A stretch of 64,000 nt of DNA from an uncultured Chloroflexia bacterium (lineage in GTDB: Bacteria; Chloroflexota; Limnocylindria; QHBO01). Below the pieces are notes generated by a model. That model saw only the letters and a list, made by a program, of their open reading frames with translations, was not told the DNA's origin and did not search any database. The stretch lies in the NCBI GenBank assembly GCA_963844415.1, contig CAWJOA010000006.1, positions 550,494 to 614,493 on the forward strand, given 5' to 3'. Positions 55,947-64,000 of the stretch are shown one piece after another (the stretch's first letter is position 1; the number at the start of each line of letters is the position of its first letter). Both the position numbers and the translations under genes were made by a program.

Positions 55947-58747
55947 GCCCACCGCGCAAGGTCCTCGTCATCGGCTCGGGACCGATCCTCATCGGGCAGG
56001 CGGCAGAGTTCGACTACGCCGGCGTGCAGGCCTGCCTGGCGCTGCGCGAGGCGGGCGTCGAGACGATCCTCGTCAATTCCAACCCGGCGACGGTGATGAC
56101 CGATCCGGACGTCGGCGGCACCGTGATCCTGGCGCCGCTGACGCTCGAGCGCGTGACGCGCGTCATCGAGGAGCACCGGCCCGATGCCCTGCTCCCGACG
56201 CTCGGCGGCCAGACCGGGCTGAACCTCGCGGTCGCGCTCGACGATGCCGGCGTCCTGGACCGATGCGGCGTCCGTGTCCTCGGCACGCCGCTCGACGCGG
56301 TGCGCGCCGCGGAGGACCGCGGTGGGTTCCGGTCGCTGGTGACCGGGATCGGCGAGCCCGTGCCCGAGTCGGCGGTCGTGGAGTCGGTCGACGACGGCCT
56401 GGACTTCGTGCGCATGCTCGGCGCACCGATCGTCGTGCGACCGGCGTTCACGCTCGGCGGCGGCGGCGGCGGCTTCGCGGCGACGCCGGAGGAGGCTCGG
56501 GAGCGGATCGCGGCCGGCATCGCGGCCAGCCCGATCGGCCAGGTCCTCGTCGAGCGTTCGCTGCTGGGCTGGTACGAGATCGAGTTCGAGGTCCTGCGCG
56601 ACGCCTCGGACACGACGATCGCGATCTGCGGGATGGAGAACCTCGACCCGATGGGCGTTCACACCGGCGACTCGATCGTCGTCGCGCCGATCCAGACCCT
56701 GCCGGACCCCGTCGTCCAGCGCCTGCGGCGCTGCGCGCTGAAGATCGTTCGCGCGCTGAAGCTGGAGGGCGGCTGCAACGTTCAGCTGGCGGTGGCGCCC
56801 GACGGCTCGGACTACCGGGTCATCGAGGTCAACCCGCGCGTCTCGCGCTCCTCCGCCCTGGCGTCGAAGGCCACCGGCTACCCGATCGCGCGGATCGCGG
56901 CGCTCATCGCGCTCGGCCACCGGCTCCACGAGATGCCGAACCCCGCGACCGGCGGCAACAGCGCGGCGTTCGAGCCCGCGGTCGACTACGTCGTCGTCAA
57001 GCTCCCGCGCTGGCCGTTCGACAAGTTCCCGCTGGCCGACCGCAGCCTCGGGGTGCAGATGAAGGCCACCGGCGAGGCGATGGCCATCGATCGCGAGTTC
57101 GGCCCGGCGCTGCTGAAGGCGGTCCGCTCGCTCGAGCCGCGCGGCCGCGGCTGGCTGTGGGAGGACCCGGCCTGGGGCCTCGCCGACCGCCCGCCGGACG
57201 ACCTCGTCGCCTTCCTGTCGCCATCGGACACGCGGCTGTGGCGGATGGTCGCCCTCCTGCGCCATGGCTGGACCGATGCGGCCGCCATCGCGGCCGCCAC
57301 CGGCATCGCCCCCTGGTTCACCGATCGGCTCGCCGAGGTCGTCGACGCCGAGCGGCGGGTCGTCGGGTCGCCGCTGGACGAGGCGAAGCGGGCCGGCTTC
57401 GGCGATGCCGAGATCGCGACGCTCTCCGGGGTGCCGGCGGTGGCGGTCCGGCGTGCCCGCGTGCGCGCCGGCATCGGTCCGTCCTACCGCCGGGTCGACA
57501 CCTGCGCCGGCGAGTTCCCGGCCGAGACGCCGTACTTCTACTCCTCCTACGCCGATCCCGAGGTGCGACCACCGGCCGAGCGGCGCAGCGTGATCGTCGT
57601 CGGGTCGGGACCGATCCGCATCGGCCAGGGGATCGAGTTCGACTACTGCTCGGTGCGCGCCGCGTGGGCGATCCGCGAGATGGGCCTCGACGCGGTCGTC
57701 ATCAACAACAACCCCGAGACGGTGTCGACCGATTACGACGCCTGCACGCGCCTCTACTTCGAGCCGCTCGACACCGAGTCGGTGCTCGACGTCATCGACC
57801 ACGAGCGGGCGCTGACCGGGACGCCGCCGTCGGTGGTGCTCACCTTCGGCGGTCAGACGGCGATCGACCTCGCCAAGGACCTCGCGTACGCCGACGTGCC
57901 GATCGCAGGACTGACGGCCGAGGCGATCGAGATCACCGAGGACCGCGAGCGATTCGCCGGCCTGCTCGACGAGCTCCGGCTGGACGGGCCGCGCGGCTCG
58001 CTGGCCGCCGACGCGGACGAGCTTCGCGCCTCCATCGCCGCACTCGGCGGGCTGCCGGTGATCGTGCGGCCCTCGTGGGTCATCGGCGGACGGGGGATCG
58101 CCGTTCTGCGCTCGCCGGCGGATCTCGCCGCCTACCTCGAGACCGATGTCGGCTGGCCGCTTCGCGTCGACGAGCTGGTCGCCGGGATCGAACTCGACGT
58201 CGACGCCATCAGCGACGGCGACGCGTGGTGCGTGCCCGGGATCCTCGAGCAGATCGATCCGCCGGGGGTCCACTCCGGCGACAGCGTCGCGGTCCTCCCG
58301 CCGCAGCGGCTGTCGCGCGCGGTCCAGGAACGCGCGGCGGAGGCGGCCGGGCGGATCGCCCTCGGACTCGGGGTCCGCGGCATCCTCAACGTTCAGATGA
58401 TCGTGACGGGGGAGCGGGTTGTCGTCATCGAAGCCAACCCGCGCGCGAGCCGCACGGTCCCGATCGTGGCCAAGGCGACCGGCTTCGACGTCGTCGCCGC
58501 GGCCGTGCGCTGCGCGCTCGGAGCCTCGCTGTCCGAGGTCGGCCTGCGCGCCGGACTGGCCGTGGACGGACCGCTCGTCGCGGTGAAGGCGCCGGTCGGC
58601 TCGCTGTGGCGGCTGCCCGGGGTCACCGCCGAGCTCGGTCCCGAGATGCGATCGACCGGCGAGGTGATGGGCCTGGCACCAGATGCCGCCGACGCGCATC
58701 GGCTGGCGGACGAGGCGGTCGCCGCGCATGCCGTGGGTGGTGGCTGA
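55943..58747 (+). CDS. carB: carbamoyl-phosphate synthase large subunit, 934 aa, apparently lacking the C-terminal MGS-like allosteric domain
   Basis: Two ATP-grasp halves (KVLVIGSGPILIGQAAEFDY... and SVIVVGSGPIRIGQGIEFDY...). It ends about 25 residues after EMRSTGEVMG. The GTG at 55943 overlaps the carA TGA. The 1375-aa track ORF from 54620 is a read-through artefact. Confidence 0.92.
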   Translation: MSPPRKVLVIGSGPILIGQAAEFDYAGVQACLALREAGVETILVNSNPATVMTDPDVGGTVILAPLTLERVTRVIEEHRPDALLPTLGGQTGLNLAVALDDAGVLDRCGVRVLGTPLDAVRAAEDRGGFRSLVTGIGEPVPESAVVESVDDGLDFVRMLGAPIVVRPAFTLGGGGGGFAATPEEARERIAAGIAASPIGQVLVERSLLGWYEIEFEVLRDASDTTIAICGMENLDPMGVHTGDSIVVAPIQTLPDPVVQRLRRCALKIVRALKLEGGCNVQLAVAPDGSDYRVIEVNPRVSRSSALASKATGYPIARIAALIALGHRLHEMPNPATGGNSAAFEPAVDYVVVKLPRWPFDKFPLADRSLGVQMKATGEAMAIDREFGPALLKAVRSLEPRGRGWLWEDPAWGLADRPPDDLVAFLSPSDTRLWRMVALLRHGWTDAAAIAAATGIAPWFTDRLAEVVDAERRVVGSPLDEAKRAGFGDAEIATLSGVPAVAVRRARVRAGIGPSYRRVDTCAGEFPAETPYFYSSYADPEVRPPAERRSVIVVGSGPIRIGQGIEFDYCSVRAAWAIREMGLDAVVINNNPETVSTDYDACTRLYFEPLDTESVLDVIDHERALTGTPPSVVLTFGGQTAIDLAKDLAYADVPIAGLTAEAIEITEDRERFAGLLDELRLDGPRGSLAADADELRASIAALGGLPVIVRPSWVIGGRGIAVLRSPADLAAYLETDVGWPLRVDELVAGIELDVDAISDGDAWCVPGILEQIDPPGVHSGDSVAVLPPQRLSRAVQERAAEAAGRIALGLGVRGILNVQMIVTGERVVVIEANPRASRTVPIVAKATGFDVVAAAVRCALGASLSEVGLRAGLAVDGPLVAVKAPVGSLWRLPGVTAELGPEMRSTGEVMGLAPDAADAHRLADEAVAAHAVGGG

Positions 58748-58769
58748 CGCCGTCTTCGGGGCATGAAGA

Positions 58770-58815
58770 GGGGCCGTCGGCTCCAGTACGGAGGGTCCTG
58801 GAACGCGACGGCCCC
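58770..58815. terminator. strong stem-loop in the convergent carB / membrane-protein intergenic region (possible bidirectional terminator)
   Basis: GGGGCCGTCG (58770-58779) pairs perfectly with CGACGGCCCC (58806-58815). A second hairpin GACTCG-AGAG-CGAGTC follows. There is no U-tract. Confidence 0.3.
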
Positions 58816-59017
58816 GAGAAGACTCGAGAGCGAGTCATCGCGAACGGGCGAAACCGCAGAATGTCGCGTCAGGCCCGAGCTTCCGTCGGCGACGGGTCAC
58901 GCCTGGGCGTCCGCTGACGGCCCGTACTCTCTCGTGTCTTACGCCCCCTACCCTAGCAAGTCCCGTGCCGATTGTCAGTCGGCCCGACGACGGAGGAGCC
59001 GCGAGGGCGCCGCCACG

Positions 59018-59674
59018 TCAGCGGCGGCGGGTCGTCCGGGCGCGATCGCTGCTGAGCTGCGTCTGGCGTCGGCGCAGGTAGCCGCCGTACCAGCCGCCCA
59101 GGAAGCCGAGCCCGGCCTGGTAGATGCCCTGGAGGACGAGGCTGGTCGCCACCTGTTCGGGCGGCCCGAAGGCGTCCGGCGTGATGCCCAGCGCCGCCGA
59201 CGTGGCGACGACGGCGAGGGCGACGAGGACGAAGCTCAGGATCGCCGCGGCGGTGCCGTACAGCGGCGGGCGCTGCCAGCCGAACCAGCCGGCGGCGATG
59301 AGCGCGCCGAACATCGCGAACGTGCCGGCCAGCGACAGGGGATCGGTCGGGCCGAGCCGAACCGATGCGTAGTAGCCCGCGGCCGCGATGAGCCCGGTCA
59401 CGACCCACGCTGCCAGGTTGCGACGGAGGAGGAAGGCCCGGACACGGATCGGGCGCAGCGGTCCCGACTCGTCGAAGCCCGCGAGCGGCGGCGGCTTGTT
59501 GGGGAGTGGCGGCGCCGGCGGGAAGATGCGGCTGAGCAAGCTCCCTCTCGGCTCGGTCGCGGTCTCCTCGGTCGCCTCGGGGTCGGTGTCGGGCAGATCG
59601 CCGCGGGCGGCGAGCCGCGCGCGGCGGCGGGCTTCGGCGCGCGTGGTGGCGCGGTCGTCATGTTGGGTGGACAT
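59018..59674 (-). CDS. hypothetical membrane protein (charged N-terminus plus about 3 TM segments)
   Basis: 218-aa ORF with a clear hydrophobic-segment pattern and no recognised family. Confidence 0.55.
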   Translation of the reverse strand: MSTQHDDRATTRAEARRRARLAARGDLPDTDPEATEETATEPRGSLLSRIFPPAPPLPNKPPPLAGFDESGPLRPIRVRAFLLRRNLAAWVVTGLIAAAGYYASVRLGPTDPLSLAGTFAMFGALIAAGWFGWQRPPLYGTAAAILSFVLVALAVVATSAALGITPDAFGPPEQVATSLVLQGIYQAGLGFLGGWYGGYLRRRQTQLSSDRARTTRRR

Positions 59675-59782
59675 CGGCCGCCGATTGTACTGTCAGCGCG
59701 CGGTAAGCGACCGGTAAGCGTCCGATAATCCCGCGTCGGCCATCCTGTCGAGGCCCGCACGCCTCCGTCGAAGAGGTGTGCC

Positions 59783-62638
59783 GTGCCCGTCGCCAGCTCC
59801 GTTTCCCTCCAGCGCCGCCTGCTCGTGCTGGCGGTCATCGCCACGATCCTTGCGCCGATGGCGACGACCCTCCAGGCGGTGCGCGGTGTCGGCCTGGCAT
59901 CGGTCGACCATCTCGTGATCAGCGAGGTCGTCACCGGTGGCGCATCGGCCTCGGACGAGCTCATCGAGCTGTACAACCCGACGAGCGCACCGTTGCCGCT
60001 CGAGGGACTCGAGGTCATCTACGTGACCTCGACCGGCGCGACGATCACGCGACGTGCGACGTGGGAGCTCGGCGCGCCGGGCGTGCCGGCCGGCGGCCAC
60101 GTCCTGATCGCGAACGCATCCGGCACCTACGCCTCGATCGCCGATGCCACGTACGCGTCGGGCATGGCCGCCACCGGCGGCAGCGTCGCAGTCCGCATCC
60201 TTGGCGCGACCACGGCGATCGACGCCGTCGGCTGGGGCGCTGCGGCCAGCACCTGGATGGAGGGGTCGCCGGCCGTCGCGCCGGCGTCGGGCGCGAGCAT
60301 CGAGCGCCTGCCGGGTGGCGCCCTCGGTTCGAGCTCGGACACCGGCGACAACCTCGTCGACTTCGTCGAGCGCCCCGTGCCCGAACCGCAGAACCTCGGA
60401 TCTCCGCCGACCCCGGATCCGGCGGCCGCGACCCCCAGCCCGGGGCCGTCGACGATGCCGGAGCCGCCTGTGACACCTGAGCCGACGCCCGAACCGACGC
60501 CGCCGCCATCGTCGACGCCGCATCCGACCCCGACTCCGACGTCGGCGGTCGCGGTCGCGGCGGCTCGCGCGGCGCCCGACGGCGCGATCGTCACGATCGA
60601 GGCCGTCGCGCTCACCGACTCCGGGTTCCACGATGGAGGCGGCTTCGTCGCCGATGCCACCGGCGGCATCGCGGTGCTCCTCGCCGATGGCACCTTCGCG
60701 CGCGGCCAGCGCTTGCGGATCACCGGCGAGCTCGACGACCGCTTCTCCCAGCGCACGCTCCGCGCGGACTCGGCGGCCAGCCTTGGCACGGCGCCGGAGC
60801 CGGAGCCGATGACGACGACCACCGGCGCGGTCGGCGAGCACCTCGAGGGTCGCCTGGTCGGCACGAGCGGCGCGATCGTCGGCAGCCCGACGGTGCTCAG
60901 CTCGGGGCTGGCCTTCGACGTGGACGACGGCAGCGGCGCGACCCGCGTCCTGGTCGGTGCCTCCACCGGCATCGTCACGTCGGCGTGGCTGCCGGGGATG
61001 AGCGTGGCCATCGTCGGCGTGGCCGGCCAGCGAGACTCGACGGGATCGGGCGCCGACGGCTACCGGGTGATGCTCCGCGACGCCGCCGACGTCCGCTCGC
61101 TCACCCCGCCGGGGGAAGCGTCGCCGTCGCCTGGCGATGGCGGTGATGGCGTGTCCACCATCGCTGAGGCGCGTCGCGCGGACCGCGACACGAGCCTGAC
61201 CATCCGCGGCACCGTGACCCTCCCGAGCGGCCTCGTGGACGACGATACGGCCGTCATCCAGGATGCGACCGGCGCGATCCTCCTCCGCCTCGGCGACGAC
61301 GGCGGCCGCCTGAACCTCGGCGCTCGCGTGGAGGTCAGCGGCACGCGCTCGACCCTGAGCGGAATGGAGTCACTCCGCGTCTCCGGACCGATCGAGACCC
61401 TCGGCAACGGACCCGAGCCGGCGGCTCGCCGGGTGCGGACCGGCGGTGTCCGCGAGGCCGACGAGGCGACGCTGGTCGTCGCGAGCGGGGCACTCGTGAC
61501 GTCGGCGCGGAGGTTCTCGAGCGGGACGGTCTCGTTCGAGATCGACGACGGCAGCGGGCCTCTCCGGGTCAGCCTCGCAGCGGCGCTCCGAGCGGATCGC
61601 GACTCGCTCTCCGCCGGCACGTGGGTGGAGGTGCGCGGCGTCCTTGGCCAGGAGACGAGCCTCGCACAGCCGGACGAGGGCTATCGGATCTGGCCGCGCA
61701 CGTCGGCCGAGGTGCGGGTGACGGCACCGGCGTCCGGCGACGACAACGGATCAGGCGGCGAAGGACCCGACGACGGCGGCTCGGGAGGTGAGTCCTCGGC
61801 GCCGATCGGCTCACTCGACGACCTCGGCGCTGCGGACCTCGCTCACCTGCGCATCGCCGCCACCCTCGTCGCCGGTCGCTGGAAGGAGCTCGGCCTCGGC
61901 GGCCTGCTGTGGGACGGTGCTCGCCTCGTCGCCGTCCACGCATCGTCCCGCGACGTCGTCGCTCGCCTGACGCGCGATCGACGTCCACCGCTCGCCGTCG
62001 ACCTCGGTGGGCTACAGGCCGCGGGCACCGACCGCGCCATGGGCGTGCCGGCGGTGAGGCTCGCCTCCGGTCCGGGCCAGACGATGGCGGTCGACGCTCC
62101 GCCCGCCCCGCCGCGCTCAACGCTCCGAGGCGATCTTCCGGCGTGGGTGGCCGTCGTCGGGCACCTGTCGGGTTCCGGCTCGCGCCGCCTCCTGACCGTG
62201 GACGGCGAACGCGTCGCGCTGCATGCGCGGTGCGAGCAGGACGATGAGGATGACGACGAGGGCCGCCGACGTCGCGGCCTCGTCTCGGTCACCGGCGTCG
62301 CGCTCGGCGATCCGGTCCGGCTGCTCGTTCCGTGCGGCGGCCTGCGTTCTGCGCCGAGCATCGCCGGCGGCGCGGCGCTCGCCGCCACGGACGGGAAGGC
62401 GGGTGCTCCCGGCCCGGCAGCGATCCCGATGGTCGAGAGCGCCCCGAGCGATTCGCGTCGACCGATCGCGGCGGGCCTCCTGATGGCTGCGGCAGCCGTG
62501 CTCGTGGGTGGTGCGGCGCTTCGTCGCAAGCGCGGATCGATGGGCGAGGAGCCCGTCGCGCAGGACGATGCGGACGACCCCGCGGAGTCCGGGCCGCGCC
62601 TGACGCTCGTGCGCGTGCCGCACGAGGGCGGTCCGTGA
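59783..62638 (+). CDS. large secreted/surface protein: signal peptide, lamin-tail domain, Pro/Thr linker, repeated OB-fold-like modules, C-proximal TM anchor
   Basis: LTD motif LVISEVVTGG...ELIELYNPTSAPLPLEGL...SIERLP. The PT-rich linker is PEPTPEPTPPPSSTPHPTPTPT. Two similar ~190-aa modules follow (TIEAVALTD...VGVAGQRD / TIRGTVTLP...VRGVLGQE). The TM segment is AAGLLMAAAAVLVGGAAL followed by RRKR. Confidence 0.75.
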   Translation: MPVASSVSLQRRLLVLAVIATILAPMATTLQAVRGVGLASVDHLVISEVVTGGASASDELIELYNPTSAPLPLEGLEVIYVTSTGATITRRATWELGAPGVPAGGHVLIANASGTYASIADATYASGMAATGGSVAVRILGATTAIDAVGWGAAASTWMEGSPAVAPASGASIERLPGGALGSSSDTGDNLVDFVERPVPEPQNLGSPPTPDPAAATPSPGPSTMPEPPVTPEPTPEPTPPPSSTPHPTPTPTSAVAVAAARAAPDGAIVTIEAVALTDSGFHDGGGFVADATGGIAVLLADGTFARGQRLRITGELDDRFSQRTLRADSAASLGTAPEPEPMTTTTGAVGEHLEGRLVGTSGAIVGSPTVLSSGLAFDVDDGSGATRVLVGASTGIVTSAWLPGMSVAIVGVAGQRDSTGSGADGYRVMLRDAADVRSLTPPGEASPSPGDGGDGVSTIAEARRADRDTSLTIRGTVTLPSGLVDDDTAVIQDATGAILLRLGDDGGRLNLGARVEVSGTRSTLSGMESLRVSGPIETLGNGPEPAARRVRTGGVREADEATLVVASGALVTSARRFSSGTVSFEIDDGSGPLRVSLAAALRADRDSLSAGTWVEVRGVLGQETSLAQPDEGYRIWPRTSAEVRVTAPASGDDNGSGGEGPDDGGSGGESSAPIGSLDDLGAADLAHLRIAATLVAGRWKELGLGGLLWDGARLVAVHASSRDVVARLTRDRRPPLAVDLGGLQAAGTDRAMGVPAVRLASGPGQTMAVDAPPAPPRSTLRGDLPAWVAVVGHLSGSGSRRLLTVDGERVALHARCEQDDEDDDEGRRRRGLVSVTGVALGDPVRLLVPCGGLRSAPSIAGGAALAATDGKAGAPGPAAIPMVESAPSDSRRPIAAGLLMAAAAVLVGGAALRRKRGSMGEEPVAQDDADDPAESGPRLTLVRVPHEGGP

Positions 62639-62707
62639 GCGTGAGCGCGGCGTATACTCCCGCGCGTTCATCGACCGAGCGCACGCACGAAGGGAGGCGC
62701 CGCCGCG

Positions 62708-63589
62708 TTGACCGACCTCAGCCGGGCCGACGCTCCTCGCACTGGGGCGCGTCAGTACCACATCGGTCTCGAACGGGGAGAGCTGGCCGAGTACGTCCTG
62801 CTCGTCGGCGACCCCGGTCGAGTGGCCAGGGTCGCCTCGCGCTGGGACGCGATCGAGGTCGAGCGCTCGAACCGTGAGATCACGACGGCGACCGGGACCC
62901 ACCAGGGCATGCGGCTCAGCTGCATGTCCACCGGCATGGGCACCGACAACGTCGAGATCGTGCTGGCCGAGGTCATGGAGATCACCGACGCGGCCACGTT
63001 CATTCGCATCGGGTCGTCCGGCGCGCTGCAGCCGGAGATCGCCCTCGGCGATCTGATCATCTCGACCGGAGCCGTCCGGCTGGAGAACACGACCGACTAC
63101 TACGTGCACCCCGGATTCCCGGCCGTGGCCCATCGCGACGTCGTGTGGGCCCTGGAAGCGGCCTGTCGACAGCTCGAGATCCGACCCCACGTGGGACTGA
63201 CGGCGACGGCGAGCGGCTTCTACGCTCCGCAGGGACGGCAGATGCGCACGCTCCCCGTTCGCTATCCTGAGCTCGCAGAGGAGCTTCGCCGCCAGCGTGT
63301 GGCGAATCTCGAGATGGAGTCGTCGGCACTTTTCGTGCTGGCTCATCTTGCGGGACTGCGGTCCGGCACCATCTGCGCGGCATACGCGCAGCGGACGGAC
63401 GGCACGTTCCTCGAAGGCGCGGCGAAGGAGGCCGCGGAGGCACGTTGCATCGATGCCGGATTGGCCGGCATCCACCTGCTGTGGCAGGTCGACACCGGAG
63501 GCGGCGATACGCTCGCCGCACGAGGGATCCAGGTCGGCAGCCAGGCGGGGTGGTCACAAGGAACGTCCGGCGACGATGCCGGCCACTAG
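62708..63589 (+). CDS. nucleoside phosphorylase, PNP_UDP_1 family (uridine-phosphorylase-like)
   Basis: LLVGDPGRV..., STGMGTDN, IRIGSSGAL and LEMESSALF motifs. The TTG start is inferred. Confidence 0.85.
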   Translation: MTDLSRADAPRTGARQYHIGLERGELAEYVLLVGDPGRVARVASRWDAIEVERSNREITTATGTHQGMRLSCMSTGMGTDNVEIVLAEVMEITDAATFIRIGSSGALQPEIALGDLIISTGAVRLENTTDYYVHPGFPAVAHRDVVWALEAACRQLEIRPHVGLTATASGFYAPQGRQMRTLPVRYPELAEELRRQRVANLEMESSALFVLAHLAGLRSGTICAAYAQRTDGTFLEGAAKEAAEARCIDAGLAGIHLLWQVDTGGGDTLAARGIQVGSQAGWSQGTSGDDAGH

Positions 63590-63605
63590 GAGGCAATGAT
63601 CACCA

Positions 63606-63749
63606 ATGGCGACCGAGGCCTACTGCGTCAAGTGCAAGGCAAAGCGTGAGATGCAGAATGCAACGAAGATCACCATGAAGAACGGCAAGCCGGCGACCCA
63701 GGGCACCTGCCCGGTCTGCGGCACGAAGATGTTCAGGATCGGCGGCTGA
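63606..63749 (+). CDS. small zinc-ribbon protein (47 aa, DUF5679-like)
   Basis: Hand translation gives MATEAYCVKCKAKREMQNATKITMKNGKPATQGTCPVCGTKMFRIGG*. AGGAGG lies 11 nt upstream. The ORF is absent from the track because of its size. Confidence 0.7.
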   Translation: MATEAYCVKCKAKREMQNATKITMKNGKPATQGTCPVCGTKMFRIGG

Positions 63750-63849
63750 TCCGCCCGCTCCGGATAACCTGACGGGCGCGCCCACGCGGCGCGCCCGTTT
63801 TCGTGCCCGTCGGTCGTGGTGGGCACGCCCGGCCGGTAGAATTCGCGCG

Positions 63850-64000
63850 GTGGAGCGCAGAGCCGAGCGGCCGATCCTCGCGATCGACATCGGCGGCACC
63901 CAGATCCGCGCGGCCCTCGTCACTTCAGATCGCACCGTTCACTGCCGCCGCGCAGTGCCGACCGCCGACGAAGAGGGCGTGGAAGCCGTCCTGCACCGGA
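63850..64000 (+). CDS. ROK family kinase/regulator (glucokinase-like), 5' partial at the window edge
   Basis: ILAIDIGGTQIRAALV is an ASKHA phosphate-1 motif. The ORF runs off the window. Confidence 0.65.
   Translation, partial: MERRAERPILAIDIGGTQIRAALVTSDRTVHCRRAVPTADEEGVEAVLHR

Noticed and set aside
54620-58747. The 1375-aa ORF, which suggests a giant CarA-CarB fusion.
   Set aside because: The first 440 or so codons are an out-of-frame read-through of the carA region (RPRG-type junk). Genuine carB starts at the GTG at 55943, overlapping the carA stop.
1-64000. A defence island, prophage, integrative element or CRISPR array near the two tRNA-Ala genes.
   Set aside because: There is no integrase, recombinase, phage-like gene or repeat-spacer array, and no direct repeat of a tRNA 3' end that I could find. 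The flanking genes are ordinary metabolic, transport or repair genes.

Overview
This is a high-GC (by eye above 70%), gene-dense bacterial chromosomal segment that is mostly housekeeping. Several signals fit an Actinomycetota- or Chloroflexota-like lineage, but I cannot place it further without searches. These signals are GAAC-N4-GTTC LexA boxes, TGCAT-N4-ATGCA ARG boxes, an LLM/F420-type oxidoreductase, several apparently leaderless starts, and pervasive 4-nt ATGA/GTGA stop-start overlaps.

Gene order along the window:
- rho, two cell-wall hydrolases (Amidase_3 and M23), and obg-nadD-rsfS.
- A minus-strand block: GNAT-leuS-comEA-comEC-HD-holA.
- tRNA-Ala(GGC).
- A TetR / PEP-utilising (rifampin-phosphotransferase-like) / TipAL-type MerR cluster.
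- A NitT/TauT-type ABC transporter with an Rrf2 regulator.
- A methyltransferase, an SDR epimerase, an SRPBCC protein and TerC.
- A 4-gene polar amino-acid ABC transporter.
- tRNA-Ala(CGC).
- An SOS mutasome: imuA-imuB-small ORF, then five unrelated genes, then dnaE2.
- YjbR, a DUF2330-cupredoxin pair, VIT1, DUF4349 and bioY.
- A 9-gene arginine operon (argH-C-J-B-R-G-GNAT-D-F), divergent from carAB.
- A membrane protein, a large lamin-tail/OB-fold surface protein, a nucleoside phosphorylase, a DUF5679-like zinc ribbon and a partial ROK kinase.

I found no rRNA, CRISPR array, transposase or integrase ORF, or recognisable defence island, and I see no convincing wholly novel multi-gene system.

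The most notable observations are:
1. A 177-bp, lower-GC, in-frame segment bounded by perfect 15-bp inverted repeats inside dnaE2.
2. Twin near-identical LexA boxes fused to -10 hexamers and near-leaderless starts at imuA and dnaE2, plus a short imuB followed by a coupled small ORF.
3. Tandem ARG boxes shared by the arg operon and carAB, with a CarB that lacks the C-terminal allosteric domain.
4. An IscR-type-1-like palindrome in front of the ABC operon.
5. Seven clear reading-frame breaks in six otherwise recognisable genes, plus one probable break in comEC. These may be assembly errors or real decay.

Most long alternate-frame and antisense ORFs in the supplied track are high-GC artefacts. 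All family calls rest on motifs I recognise by eye, because no database search was possible.
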